Source: Candidatus Latescibacterota bacterium (GTDB taxonomy: Bacteria > Latescibacterota > UBA2968 > UBA8231). Taken from it: a stretch of 64,000 nt of DNA. The stretch covers positions 1,152,001-1,216,000 of the forward strand of contig OZ244561.1 of the NCBI GenBank assembly GCA_965217585.1, read 5' to 3'. Below, piece by piece: positions 7,616-18,045 of the stretch (positions are counted from its first letter, which is position 1; each line of letters begins with the position of its first letter). A program made the translations under genes and the position numbers. The notes below the pieces were generated by a model. That model was not told the origin of the DNA and did not search any database. It saw only the letters and a list, made by a program, of their open reading frames with translations.

Positions 7616-8893
7616 TCACACGAACTTCGGCCGGCCACAGCCGTCGTTGACCACGTAGCTGCGCGCTGGAATCGCCGCTTGCTCGGGAATGACTAAGTCG
7701 AGCGGCGAATCATTCTCAATGACGGTACCGGCCCCCACGCGCACCCCGGCCCCCAACTTAATCGCTCCAGGCCGCACAGGACCCGCTATGATCGTGCCGA
7801 TAGATACCGACACGCCGATCCGGCAATCCGGGCCGATCGCGACGATGCCGTTGATTTCGGAGTTGGCCCCAATCGCCGTGCGGTCGCCCACCTGCACCGG
7901 GCCGAAAAGCCCGGCATCCGTGCCGATAAACACGTAGTCGCCAATGGTGGGATGGCGCTGCTGCACCTTGCCGCTGAGGCCGCCCAAAGTACACGGGTAC
8001 ATGTGGCAGCCGCTGCCGATGATACCCGTCTGTCCAGTGGTTATGCCGCGATGGGGGTGGTCGAGGAAATTGGCATCGCCAATCTGCGTTTCGGGATGGA
8101 TATCCGCCTGGTAGTAGCGCCCCCCCAACTCGGCAATGGCTCGCGGCAGCAAGGGCACCGGCCGCCGCTTCAGCCCGGATTCGCCTGCCACCGAGCCAGA
8201 GCGCGTTAGGGCGTGGGCAATGTCGTGGTAAAACAACACCCGCCAGCCCGGATAGGTGCTCATCACGAGCTGCATCTGGTAGTCGAAAATGAAGTCGCAC
8301 TCCAGTGCGGCGAGGAAGCGGCGATAGTGGTCGAAGTCGCGGCGGTGAATGGTCTCGTCCAAGGCGGCCCGGAAGTCGATCTTGAGCAGCCGCTCCTGGG
8401 TCAACCCGCAATTGTCGAGCAAATAGGCGTCCCAAACGGCCGGATCCCTAAGCGCGGCAAAGCGGTTCCAGCGGGCGCGGACCTTGTAGGCGGGCAATTC
8501 CCACAGCAAACAGAAGGTATTCATCAGAGCCTTCTCTTCAGCACCTTCGCTCTCGCCGGCCGCCGAAAGCGACTGCGCGATCATCGCGTAGAGCTGGTCG
8601 GCAATCTCGCCGATGGCCTCGTCGAGCGACGGGTTTTGGTGCCCCGGCCCCAAGGCATTGTGCGAACCAGGGGCGACACATTCGAGCAAGTTGCCCAAAA
8701 CCGTCTCCAGCAGGTCGCGGTCGACAAACCCGCGCCCGGAGCGCTGCGAGAGAATGTCCCGGTCCACCGCGTCGATGCGGAGCGCGGCGACCTCCTCCGA
8801 GGTGTAGATCGGCATCAGCCGCTCTAGCAGCCGCTCTAGCAACGCCCACTTGCGGCGTTGATACGCAGTGTCGAAAAGCGTGGAATTGTTCAT
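7616..8893 (-). CDS. Serine O-acetyltransferase-like protein (left-handed beta-helix) with long N-terminal extension
   Basis: ADIHPETQIG..FLDH, TLGG...RHPTIGDYVFIG and hexapeptide repeats; start at MNNSTLF after GGGGAG. Confidence 0.7.
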   Translation of the reverse strand: MNNSTLFDTAYQRRKWALLERLLERLMPIYTSEEVAALRIDAVDRDILSQRSGRGFVDRDLLETVLGNLLECVAPGSHNALGPGHQNPSLDEAIGEIADQLYAMIAQSLSAAGESEGAEEKALMNTFCLLWELPAYKVRARWNRFAALRDPAVWDAYLLDNCGLTQERLLKIDFRAALDETIHRRDFDHYRRFLAALECDFIFDYQMQLVMSTYPGWRVLFYHDIAHALTRSGSVAGESGLKRRPVPLLPRAIAELGGRYYQADIHPETQIGDANFLDHPHRGITTGQTGIIGSGCHMYPCTLGGLSGKVQQRHPTIGDYVFIGTDAGLFGPVQVGDRTAIGANSEINGIVAIGPDCRIGVSVSIGTIIAGPVRPGAIKLGAGVRVGAGTVIENDSPLDLVIPEQAAIPARSYVVNDGCGRPKFV

Positions 8894-8987
8894 CGTTTGC
8901 TCCCCATTCTTCCTCCTCATAACTTTTAACAAAAATTACGGAACGCACGCCGGGTTGCAACCCGGCTCACCCCCGCAGGGAGAAATC

Positions 8988-9773
8988 ATGCATCCATTTG
9001 AATCACTGGTAGTACGCGAAGGTGCCATTGGCATCCACTGGTTTGGCCAGAGCACGTTTGGCCTCAAGGACGCGCAGGGGACCATCGTCCAAGTCGATCC
9101 CTACTATCCCCACGAGCGGCCAGCCGACCGCTTCATCCACGCCCGCCCCCCGCTCCACGAGGCGTCGCTACACACGGATTTCGTGCTCCTGACCCACGAC
9201 CACGGCGACCACACGTGCGTGGAGTCCATTGCGCGCATTGCCGCTGCCTATCCAGCCGTGCAGATCGTCGGCCCGGCGGAGAGCATCCAGCGCGTCCGCA
9301 GCGCGGGCATTACTGCCGCCGCAACCACAGTTGCCGCTGGTGACGCAGCCAAACTGGGCACCATGACGGCCCACGCGGTGTACGCCAAACCCCCGGAGGG
9401 CCTGCCCAGCGACGACATCGCTCCGCCCGATGTGACCCACCTCGGCTACGTGGTAGAGACCAGCAGCGTGCGCGTATACATCTCCGGCGATCCAGTCAAC
9501 ACTTTTGCCGAGCACGAAGAATTACTCGCGCCCATCCGCGACCTCGGGCCCGACATCGGGCTGTTGACCAATCACCCCAGCGAAGGGGAATTCCCCTTCT
9601 TTGCTGGCTCGTCCAAGATGGCCTCGGTGCTCGGCCTCAAGGCCGCCGTACCGGCCCATTACGCCTGCTTTGTCAGCCGAAATTACGATCCCCAAGAATG
9701 GGCCGCCGTGCTCGATGGGGTCGAGCCGCTGATCATCCCGTACAATCAGTCCGCGGTCTATGCGGCCCGCTAG
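8988..9773 (+). CDS. MBL-fold metallo-hydrolase (UlaG-like)
   Basis: WFGQS, THDHGDH, YISGD and VPAHY motifs. Confidence 0.88.
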   Translation: MHPFESLVVREGAIGIHWFGQSTFGLKDAQGTIVQVDPYYPHERPADRFIHARPPLHEASLHTDFVLLTHDHGDHTCVESIARIAAAYPAVQIVGPAESIQRVRSAGITAAATTVAAGDAAKLGTMTAHAVYAKPPEGLPSDDIAPPDVTHLGYVVETSSVRVYISGDPVNTFAEHEELLAPIRDLGPDIGLLTNHPSEGEFPFFAGSSKMASVLGLKAAVPAHYACFVSRNYDPQEWAAVLDGVEPLIIPYNQSAVYAAR

Positions 9774-9792
9774 TGCACCGGGGGTAGGCGTG

Positions 9793-9821
9793 TTGATTTT
9801 ATTACCCTCGTTTATTATTAT
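9793..9821 (+). promoter_or_regulatory. Candidate sigma70 promoter TTGATT-N17-TATTAT
   Basis: Consensus spacing, upstream of the 9884-20691 operon. Confidence 0.5.
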
Positions 9822-9883
9822 GGCATTTCAATCAACGCGCCGGAGATTTCTGGCGTTCACTTCAAACGCAAGGAGTTAAGAAC

Positions 9884-10831
9884 ATGCGGCGATTCACAAT
9901 CGCAGGCATTTTCGGCCTCGCCCTCGTAGGGGTGGCGAATGCCCAGTTTTTCGATCCGCCCGCTCTGGAGGATCGCAATGGCAGTCAGGGATTTTGGTTT
10001 TACATGCTCGAAGTCCCCGATCCCGGTGCTATCACCATCGACGGGCATAGCGACGACTGGGGTTGGTTCGACCCCGAATACACCTTGACCATGGACGAGT
10101 GGCGCGACGAAGGCGACCGCCCGGCCCCAGACCGCGACGACCTGTTCATCACCACCTTCATGGGCTGGAAGGGCGGCGACGACAACCGCTGGTACTGCTT
10201 CTTGGAAGCGGTTGACGACGTGCTAGCGCACGCCGGCACGAACATCGCCCGTTGGGACGGCGACATGCTACAGGTCGGCCTCGATCCGCAGGATCACGGG
10301 CGCGAGCGCAGCCCGGCTTCGGGTTACACCATGGAGTGGCTGATGGCACCGGGCGACCTCAGTCCGCCGACCAACGTCGCTTTCCGCTATACCGAGCAAG
10401 AGGCGTGGGCCGAGTACGGCGAATCGCCGTGGATCGAAATGGCCGTGCGCGTCGATCCGCCCGAAGCTTGGGCCGCCGACCTGTGGGCCGAGGGCGGCAC
10501 CACGTACTACGAGTGGAGCGTCAAGGTCCTCGCCTTCCAAGATGATACAGGTCCGTCGGCGAGCGAGGTGTGGCAGCTAGACACAGTGGCCGGTGAAGAT
10601 GGCGCGGGCATGCCTTTCGCCTTTTGGTACGAAGACGGCGAAGGCCCGGATTCGAGCTTCTCGCCCAGCGAAGACGGCACCCCGGGTGGCCGCAACGACT
10701 GGACCACCCGCGGCCCCGAAGCCTCGGCGCGGCAGTACTACTCCATTGCCAAGCTGCTGCGCGTCGGCGAGTACGCCGCCGCCACAGCAGTCGAGTCATC
10801 GACTTGGGGCAAGATCAAGAACTCGTTCTAA
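9884..10831 (+). CDS. Secreted acidic protein, CBM9/DOMON-like, with C-terminal AVESSTWGKIK motif
   Basis: Signal peptide; ITIDGHSDDW and YYEWSV resemble CBM9-like domains; ends ATAVESSTWGKIKNSF. Confidence 0.65.
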   Translation: MRRFTIAGIFGLALVGVANAQFFDPPALEDRNGSQGFWFYMLEVPDPGAITIDGHSDDWGWFDPEYTLTMDEWRDEGDRPAPDRDDLFITTFMGWKGGDDNRWYCFLEAVDDVLAHAGTNIARWDGDMLQVGLDPQDHGRERSPASGYTMEWLMAPGDLSPPTNVAFRYTEQEAWAEYGESPWIEMAVRVDPPEAWAADLWAEGGTTYYEWSVKVLAFQDDTGPSASEVWQLDTVAGEDGAGMPFAFWYEDGEGPDSSFSPSEDGTPGGRNDWTTRGPEASARQYYSIAKLLRVGEYAAATAVESSTWGKIKNSF

Positions 10832-10857
10832 ACGCAAGGCGACCGATCGGTCGTAAT

Positions 10858-10887
10858 CGTAGGGGCGACCGGTCGGTCGCCCCTACG
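10858..10887. repeat. GTAG-type REP palindrome
   Basis: cgtaggggcgaccggtcggtcgcccctacg; near-identical copy at 36859. Confidence 0.8.
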
Positions 10888-10908
10888 TTATTTTTAGGGG
10901 GTTGCACC

Positions 10909-11622
10909 GTGTACAAACGGCTCTGGGCTTGGTTCGTACTGCTAATCCTGCTGCTGGGGGCTTGCGGCCGCTACTTTCACACGCCGCTCCAGCCTGCCAG
11001 CCGCCAAGCCGAGGGCATGACCGTCAACGACGACGGCTCCATCACCTACGCCCTCGACCGCCTGTCGATCAACCTCAAGCCCATGACGGACGAGGAATTA
11101 AACCGCCTCGCTCCTGGGCGAGATCTGTCTAACAATCCCTATACCTTTGGCGAATGGACCGCCGCGGGCGACGAGTGGACGCCGCCGCGGTTTACCATTT
11201 TTCGGCTCAAGGTCAGCAACTATCAATATCCCAAGGTCAAACTCGACCCGCTCAACGCGCGCATTACCACGGCCAACACCCGGCAGTACGAGGTACTCAG
11301 CTACGCCGAATTATACCAGTATTTTCGCTCGTATTGGCTAGGCCGCACGGGCCAAGGGCGCAAAACCTTTCAAGCTCGCACGGACGCGCTCAAGCGGACG
11401 CTGTACAGCGGGGCCTTGATCTTCAGCGGCAGCGAAGAACAGGGGTACTTGGTATTTCCCGTGCTCGACGACGATGTCCGGGCGATCCAAGTATACATAG
11501 AAAACATCATCTTGCGCTTCGACTATGCAGACGCCCCCGTAGAGGCGATTGACCTGAGCTTCTCCTTCCAGCGCGACATCCTGCAAGGGTATGACCCCTC
11601 GGCCGCGGTGCGGCTCAACTGA
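10909..11622 (+). CDS. Hypothetical lipoprotein
   Basis: GTG start, MYKRLWAWFVLLILLLGAC lipobox; coupled to the next gene (TGATG). Confidence 0.75.
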   Translation: MYKRLWAWFVLLILLLGACGRYFHTPLQPASRQAEGMTVNDDGSITYALDRLSINLKPMTDEELNRLAPGRDLSNNPYTFGEWTAAGDEWTPPRFTIFRLKVSNYQYPKVKLDPLNARITTANTRQYEVLSYAELYQYFRSYWLGRTGQGRKTFQARTDALKRTLYSGALIFSGSEEQGYLVFPVLDDDVRAIQVYIENIILRFDYADAPVEAIDLSFSFQRDILQGYDPSAAVRLN

Positions 11623-13610
11623 TGACCGCCCGCGCGCCCAGATTCCTCGCCGGCGCCTTCCTAGCGGTGCTTGGGGGACTAGCGCCGAGCAACGCCCAAG
11701 TCGAGGTGTGGCATATCGGTAAGGGGGGGCTTGCGTGGGTCTCGCAAGCCGAGACGCAGATCGGCGCGCTAGACGTCGATGGTGCCCTACAGCCCTTGCA
11801 GCTACAGACCGGGGAAAACCTCATTGAGCTACTCCGCGCTTCGGGCCAACGCTTTCTCAACGGCCAACCCCGCGACTTCACCCTCGGTGGCCAGCCACGC
11901 GCGTGGTCCAACGACGGCTTCTTCAACCAACTCGCTGGCCCCCTCGACCTGATCGACGGCGATCCCGCGACCTCCTCGTCGGGCGTGTTCAAGACCGCGC
12001 AGAGCCAAGCCGGGGCGACGTTCTTCTGGGATTTGGGCGCACCCTTCCCAGTCAACCGCATTCGCTTCTTTCCCGCTCCCGACGATGACGCCTTTGTCAA
12101 AGCCTTTGAACTGCGGGTCAACGACGGCGAAAACTTCAACGACATCAATCGGCCGCAATACGAACTCTTGCGGCGGGTAGAAGTCAACCGCGAATCCACA
12201 GTCGATATCGAATTTGCCCCCTTGCAGGGCCGCTTCCTCCAGCTACGCGTGCTGTCGAAGACGGTGTTCAACATCGCGGAGTTTGAAATCTACGGGCAGG
12301 GCTTTGTGCCGGTCGCTAGCTACGAGTCGGCTCTGCACTCCTTTGGCGGCCCGGTCAACTACGGCCGCTTGCGCGTACACACCACGCATCTCGGAACGAC
12401 CGGGGCTGCGACCGCGGCCATCCAGATGCGGACCGGAGCCGACGACAGCCCGCTGGCGTACTTTCGCCGCGACCGCGACACCGGTCGCCAGCAGGAGGTG
12501 CCCGCGGCCGAATACAACACCAGCCTGCCACGGCGCGCCCTGTTCCGCCAAGACGCGGTCACCGGCGAGCTATTAGAGGAACTGGACCGAGCCAGCTATC
12601 TCAATCTGCCGATTGAGGAGCAAGGGCCGGTGCGCGATTTTGTCAAGGGCGACATCCGCGACGACGTGGACAACTGGAGCGCGTGGTCGCCGAGCACGTA
12701 TATCGCCGGCACGGGTATTGTTGAGGTGCCCATAGGGCTGCCCAGCCCGCGGGAATTCATGCAGTTCCGCATCCTCTTCGACGGCGACGCTGAAAACGCC
12801 GTGCGCATCGACACCTTTCAGGTGGAGTTTTCGCCTGGGCTGGTCAGCGAGGCCGTCGGCGAGGTGGCCCTCGCCAGCGATCCCTTTCCCGCCAGCGGCC
12901 TACTCGAAGTCGCAGGGGGCATCGACACGACCTTTACCTACGACATCCGCACCGAATTCGCAGCCGGCGTGGCCGGGTATCGCGGCGTCCGCATCGAAGC
13001 ATTTCCACCGCCAATATTCGAGAGTCTGCAAATGGGCGACCCCCTCGCGGCCGTAGAAGACTTTGAATGGACGGAGACCGAGAGCGGCTTCGACGTTCTC
13101 TTCGCGCCCATCGCCGCCGACAACAACCAGCCCCTGCGGATCACCTTCCGCCTGCGGCTGCTGGTGCACAATACCCCGATCAACGCCTATCTCCTCGGCG
13201 CAGGGAGCGTCCCACCGCATCCCATCGCCCCGGGCAATGCCAGCGAATTAGTGGGCACGAACGCGACCAACGCCTTTGTGACTCAGGCGCAGCCCGAGCT
13301 GCAACTAGCACTTTCAACGGCTATCATCTCACCTAATGGCGACGGCCGCAACGATGCCGTCGCCATTGACCTCGTGTTGTCCCAGTTTGCCGCGGATACG
13401 GCAGTCGCCGTCGAGATCTTCGACCTTAGCGGACGCCGGGTGCGGCAGCTAGTCTCCCAACCGCGGGCCGCCGGTTTTTACTCCGAAATCTGGGATGGCC
13501 GCGACGAACAAGGCGGTTTGGTCGCACCGGGCTTGTACCTCTGCCGCGTCGGCGTGGACGCCGACTTCGACGTGTTTGCCGCAGTAGAGCCGATAGGGGT
13601 GGCCTATTGA
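11622..13610 (+). CDS. Exported protein with discoidin-like N-terminal region and C-terminal FlgD-Ig-like domain
   Basis: Signal peptide; DLGAPFPVNRIRFFP; ISPNGDGRND...IFDLSGRRVR...WDGRDEQG..VAPGLY...VAY. Confidence 0.85.
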   Translation: MTARAPRFLAGAFLAVLGGLAPSNAQVEVWHIGKGGLAWVSQAETQIGALDVDGALQPLQLQTGENLIELLRASGQRFLNGQPRDFTLGGQPRAWSNDGFFNQLAGPLDLIDGDPATSSSGVFKTAQSQAGATFFWDLGAPFPVNRIRFFPAPDDDAFVKAFELRVNDGENFNDINRPQYELLRRVEVNRESTVDIEFAPLQGRFLQLRVLSKTVFNIAEFEIYGQGFVPVASYESALHSFGGPVNYGRLRVHTTHLGTTGAATAAIQMRTGADDSPLAYFRRDRDTGRQQEVPAAEYNTSLPRRALFRQDAVTGELLEELDRASYLNLPIEEQGPVRDFVKGDIRDDVDNWSAWSPSTYIAGTGIVEVPIGLPSPREFMQFRILFDGDAENAVRIDTFQVEFSPGLVSEAVGEVALASDPFPASGLLEVAGGIDTTFTYDIRTEFAAGVAGYRGVRIEAFPPPIFESLQMGDPLAAVEDFEWTETESGFDVLFAPIAADNNQPLRITFRLRLLVHNTPINAYLLGAGSVPPHPIAPGNASELVGTNATNAFVTQAQPELQLALSTAIISPNGDGRNDAVAIDLVLSQFAADTAVAVEIFDLSGRRVRQLVSQPRAAGFYSEIWDGRDEQGGLVAPGLYLCRVGVDADFDVFAAVEPIGVAY

Positions 13611-15664
13611 CTGCGGTGAGCAACATGCGGTGGCTGGTGCTGATCCTCATCAGCAGCAGTCCAGTGGCGGCGCAGACGCCCTCGGCTTGGGTCATAGGGG
13701 GCACAAGCGGCGAGCCTTGGGCTGAGGCGGTGGAGCGCTGGATCGCCCTCGACGACACGGTGCGCTCCGGGGCGATTCAGCCGCGAGCGATTCCCCTAGG
13801 CCACACGGTTACTCGCCAACTCGTGCGCACCGGCATTGCCACGACCCAGCGCAACCTCTTTGGCTATCGCTGGAGTTTGCACAAGGGGCCGCGCCAGATC
13901 GAGGCCGACACCTTAGAGGTCGGGTGGCACCCGCGCCTGTGGCAGGGGGGCGGAACCAACGCCCTCGCCGCAGAGGTTATGCGCGGGCTAGTCGATGGCG
14001 ACGAGCTAACCGCGGCTTTTACCCACAGGGCACGGGCCGATGGCCGCCCCAACAGCACGCAGTTCATCACGCTCGACTTGGGCGTGCCAGTGCCCATTGA
14101 CAGCATCGTGTTTTTTCCGCCGCAGACCGGGCTGACCAGCGGCAACCAGCGGCAGCGCGAGCTGTTCGCCCGTGCCTATGAAGTTAGCCGGACCAACGTG
14201 CCGGTCGAATGGCTGATCTTTGAGGACGAAACCTCATCAACTGGATCGGCGGGCTACCACCCGCTCGACGAGATTCTCGCCAGCACCTTTGCCAACAACA
14301 CCAGCGTCGTCTCCCTCGCACCGGAGCTGCGCTTTACCCGCTTTCTCCGCTTCAAGTTCGGAGAAGTTTCCACCACGACCTTGCTGGCCGAAATCGAGGT
14401 CTTTGGCCGCGGCTACCCCCAAGAGGCCCGCTACATCTCCGCACCCCATTCTTTCGGCCAAGCCGTGAGCCTGGGACGGGTCGCGTGGAAATTCACTCGC
14501 TATCGCCAATTGCCTTCCGGCGCGATCACCGCCGACCCCACCGCACCGGTGCAGCTAAACTTGCAGACCCGCGCTGGCTTCGACGACGATCCCAAGACGT
14601 ACTTCATCTTCGACGACCTTGGCCGACTGGTGGAAGTAGATGAGAAGACTTATTTCGACTCGCCGCGGGTGGTGGAACGATTTTCCGAGGGGATCGCCGG
14701 CTTCCGGGCCAAGCGCGACGACGACGTAAAAAACTGGAACAACTGGTCGGTCGTTTACCAAGCGTCGGGCGACGAGATCCGCTCCTCTGACGGGGCCGAG
14801 TTCCTCCAGTTTCGCTTTACCATCACCACCGAAGACCCGCTGGCCTTTGGCGTACTCGACAGCTTGGCTTTTGCGGTCTCGCCACTGTTGGCCGACCGCG
14901 CGCTGGCGGAAATTGCCCTCGACGGGCGCGCCGATGCGGACGGGGCCATCGAGGTGCCGCTCGGGGTCGTCCAGCGCTTTGTCTATCACATTCGCACGGT
15001 GGCTGGCACAACCGACCGCGCGGGGTTCGACGGCATCGAGTTAGAGGTCCCTCCGGCCAGCCGCTTCCTCGACCTGACTATCGACGACCAGCCAGCGGCC
15101 GAGGGCGTGGATTTTTCCCTCGCCGCCAGCGACGGGCGGTTGCGCTTTACCTTTCCCACGGCGATCAAGGAAGACAAGGCGTTTCGCGTGCGCTTTCAAG
15201 GCGCGGTCTTCCAGCCATCAGTCTTTTTGGCCAGCCGCCTTTTTAACACCTCGGCGGCGAGCTTACCGCAGTCCATTGAAGCTGGAGACGCCCACGCCGA
15301 CATAGCCAGCAACAGCATCCAAGTCGTCTCCAGCGACGAGGCTTTGGGCATTCTCGGGGCGATTGGGCTATCTGCCCCCGTGGTCTCGCCCAACGGCGAT
15401 GGGGTCAACGAGCAGGTCGCCATTGGATTCGACTTGTTCGGCGTTGCTGGGGGCGCGTTGCGGGTAGAGGTGCGCGACCTGAGTGGTCGTCGCTGCGCCG
15501 CGATTTTGGACGCGCGGGCCGCCGCCGGGCCGTACGCGCTGCGGTGGGATGCGCGGGACGAGCAGGGGAAACTCGTGCCTCCAGGGCTGTACCTAATCCG
15601 CATCGAGGTCGAGGTCGATCGCGGCACCTTCGCCCGCATGCAAGCGGTCGGGGTCGCGTACTGA
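13607..15664 (+). CDS. Exported FlgD-Ig-like domain protein, paralogue 2
   Basis: LDLGVPVPIDSIVFFP; VSPNGDGVNE...DLSGR...WDARDEQGKLVPPGLY...VAY. Confidence 0.85.
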   Translation: MTAVSNMRWLVLILISSSPVAAQTPSAWVIGGTSGEPWAEAVERWIALDDTVRSGAIQPRAIPLGHTVTRQLVRTGIATTQRNLFGYRWSLHKGPRQIEADTLEVGWHPRLWQGGGTNALAAEVMRGLVDGDELTAAFTHRARADGRPNSTQFITLDLGVPVPIDSIVFFPPQTGLTSGNQRQRELFARAYEVSRTNVPVEWLIFEDETSSTGSAGYHPLDEILASTFANNTSVVSLAPELRFTRFLRFKFGEVSTTTLLAEIEVFGRGYPQEARYISAPHSFGQAVSLGRVAWKFTRYRQLPSGAITADPTAPVQLNLQTRAGFDDDPKTYFIFDDLGRLVEVDEKTYFDSPRVVERFSEGIAGFRAKRDDDVKNWNNWSVVYQASGDEIRSSDGAEFLQFRFTITTEDPLAFGVLDSLAFAVSPLLADRALAEIALDGRADADGAIEVPLGVVQRFVYHIRTVAGTTDRAGFDGIELEVPPASRFLDLTIDDQPAAEGVDFSLAASDGRLRFTFPTAIKEDKAFRVRFQGAVFQPSVFLASRLFNTSAASLPQSIEAGDAHADIASNSIQVVSSDEALGILGAIGLSAPVVSPNGDGVNEQVAIGFDLFGVAGGALRVEVRDLSGRRCAAILDARAAAGPYALRWDARDEQGKLVPPGLYLIRIEVEVDRGTFARMQAVGVAY

Positions 15665-15674
15665 TGGAGACACT

Positions 15675-18032
15675 ATGAAAACTCTACTGCTAGCAGTTGC
15701 TTCCCTCCTGCTTATGGCCGCGGCGAGCGGCCAGAACCTGCGCTTTGCCGGGTCCGACTTTGCTTCTTGGGCCCATCCGCAGGGGCTGGTCGAGGTCTTG
15801 CCGCAAGGCATTGAGGTGAAGCGCTTTGAGCAGCGGTTCAACGCGGTGGCCAACGCCCGCGAGTTTTCCTCTAAGGCCATCGGCGACTACGGGCAGCGCT
15901 TTGTGCGCACGCCGTCCAACCAGCAGCAGGCGGACCTGGCCGGCGACCAAGACCCCAACACTTGGTGGCAGCCCGACCCGGACACCCCGGTGCAGTTGTG
16001 GTGGCTGGAGCTGGACTTGGGGCGCACCGTGGTGGCCGACAAGGTGCGCGTCCGCTTTCCCAACCGCGAGGAGGCCAAGCCCTTTAGCTTTTTCTCGGTG
16101 TACGTCAGCCCGGGCATTCCGGTCTTCGGCGGCCGGGCCAAGCGCATCGTCTATCGCCGGCTGGGTAGGCCGGTCAACAACAACACCGAATCACTAGTCG
16201 AATTTGACCTCACCACGACCGGCCTCGCCTCGGCCACGGGCGAGTACCTGAGCGCGAGCGAGGTCCTCGACTTCGACATCGTGCGCTTTGTGCGCTTTGA
16301 AGCGGCCGGCGCAACGCCCGATGCCGCGCTCGCCGAAATAGAGGTGGACGGCATTGGCTTCAACCTCTCCTCCATGGTGCAGACCGAAGATCGGACCGAG
16401 CACTGGGGAGGACGGACGTGGACGTCCAAGCACCGCGACTGCCAAGGCTGCGGCAAGGGCAGCGGGTCCCAGGCCCTCATCGACCAAGACGTGGGATTTC
16501 GCGGGTGGAATATCGAGGGGTCAGACAAGGGCAACTGGCGCGATTCAGGCGTCTGGTCCGTCGTCGATTTCGGCAACGTCTTCCGCGTCGATCGCCTCAT
16601 CTGGATGCCGATTGTGTCGGGCCGCGGCCCGTTCCTCTACGGATTCCAGCGCGACAAGCAGGGCAGTTGGCCCAGTTTCGATTTCTTCGCCTCCGACGGC
16701 ACCCCCAGCAACAGCGCCGATCCAGTCGTCGAAGGCCCTTTCCACTACGACTTGCTGTCGTCCGTGGCCAACTCCGGCCGCTATCTGTTCGACTTCCAGT
16801 TCGAGCCACGCGCGTTGCGGCTGCTGATGTGGCGCGTGACGCGGCCTCAGCAGTTCCACCGCGCCGTCCAGCTCTTCGTCTTCCACAGCGAGGGCTATCC
16901 CGTGCAAATCGAGCTGGAGTCCGCAGACATTTTCCTCGGCGGCGCCCGCAGCATGCGCTTCGTCGAATGGGACGCCGACCTGCCGCCCGGAACCCGCATC
17001 GAAGTGGAAACCCAGACTGGCAATGGCTTTCAGACCATCAAGCGCTACTTCCTAACCAACGGCAAAGAAGTAACTAAACAAGCCTACGAGGCGGCCAAGT
17101 CCCGCAACCGAGCCGACATCGTCGAGGAACGGGTGCGCGACGACACCTGGAGCGCGTATAGCCAACCCCACCGGTTCTCCGGGCAGGCATTCCTCTCGCC
17201 GTCGCCACGGCAGTGGCTGCGGGCACGGGTGCGGCTCATCAGCGACGATCCAGCGGCCTTCCCCACCCTGCGCTCGCTCACGTTTGTGGCCAACGCGCCG
17301 ATAATCACGGCTGGACTAACGGGCCGCGTCTTCCCCCGCGAAGCCCCCATGGACACCTTGCAGATGTTTCGCTACACCATCGCGCCGGTGGCCTTCAACA
17401 GCCGCGACGCTGGGTTCGACCGCGCACTCATCCTCCTCCCGCCCGGCGGCGGCCGTGACGCCGCATTTATCGGCGCATCCGTAGGAGGAGCCGAGGTCGC
17501 GGCCACCGGCTTGGTGCGGGGAGATTCTCTCTTAGTGGAACTGCCGCCGCCGCTGGTCCGGCGGGATTCGGTCGCCATCGCCTTTTCCACGCGCCTGTCC
17601 CACAGCCCCACGGTATTTAACGCGTTCGTTTTTAACTCGACCGCAGAAGATAACCTCCAAGGCGTTGTCCCCGCCGAGTTCGGCGCTGACTTGGTCTTCG
17701 TGCCCGAGGCGGTCGCCAGCGGCTCGTTCATCCGCAATGTCGAGCACACCCGCTCGATAACCCCCAACGGCGATGGCGCAAACGACCAATGCGAACTGCA
17801 ATTCACCATCGTCAAGACTGAGCAAGCACCGCAAGTACAGATCTTTACCCTAGATGGCCGGCCCGTGGTCGAACTGGCTAGCCAAGGCACACCGGGGCGG
17901 CGCTTCTACTACGTCTGGGACGGACGGAGCGCCGACCGCGCAGTGCCGCCCGGCATCTACGTCCTGCGCATTGCCATAGAAGCCGATGCCCGCGCCGACC
18001 GCGTTTACAGGCTTGTACATGTCGTTTATTAA
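15675..18032 (+). CDS. Exported FlgD-Ig-like domain protein, paralogue 3
   Basis: Signal peptide; LELDLGRTVVADKVRVRF; ITPNGDGAND...WDGR...VPPGIY...VVY. Confidence 0.85.
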   Translation: MKTLLLAVASLLLMAAASGQNLRFAGSDFASWAHPQGLVEVLPQGIEVKRFEQRFNAVANAREFSSKAIGDYGQRFVRTPSNQQQADLAGDQDPNTWWQPDPDTPVQLWWLELDLGRTVVADKVRVRFPNREEAKPFSFFSVYVSPGIPVFGGRAKRIVYRRLGRPVNNNTESLVEFDLTTTGLASATGEYLSASEVLDFDIVRFVRFEAAGATPDAALAEIEVDGIGFNLSSMVQTEDRTEHWGGRTWTSKHRDCQGCGKGSGSQALIDQDVGFRGWNIEGSDKGNWRDSGVWSVVDFGNVFRVDRLIWMPIVSGRGPFLYGFQRDKQGSWPSFDFFASDGTPSNSADPVVEGPFHYDLLSSVANSGRYLFDFQFEPRALRLLMWRVTRPQQFHRAVQLFVFHSEGYPVQIELESADIFLGGARSMRFVEWDADLPPGTRIEVETQTGNGFQTIKRYFLTNGKEVTKQAYEAAKSRNRADIVEERVRDDTWSAYSQPHRFSGQAFLSPSPRQWLRARVRLISDDPAAFPTLRSLTFVANAPIITAGLTGRVFPREAPMDTLQMFRYTIAPVAFNSRDAGFDRALILLPPGGGRDAAFIGASVGGAEVAATGLVRGDSLLVELPPPLVRRDSVAIAFSTRLSHSPTVFNAFVFNSTAEDNLQGVVPAEFGADLVFVPEAVASGSFIRNVEHTRSITPNGDGANDQCELQFTIVKTEQAPQVQIFTLDGRPVVELASQGTPGRRFYYVWDGRSADRAVPPGIYVLRIAIEADARADRVYRLVHVVY

Positions 18033-18045
18033 GAGGGAGTGCACT

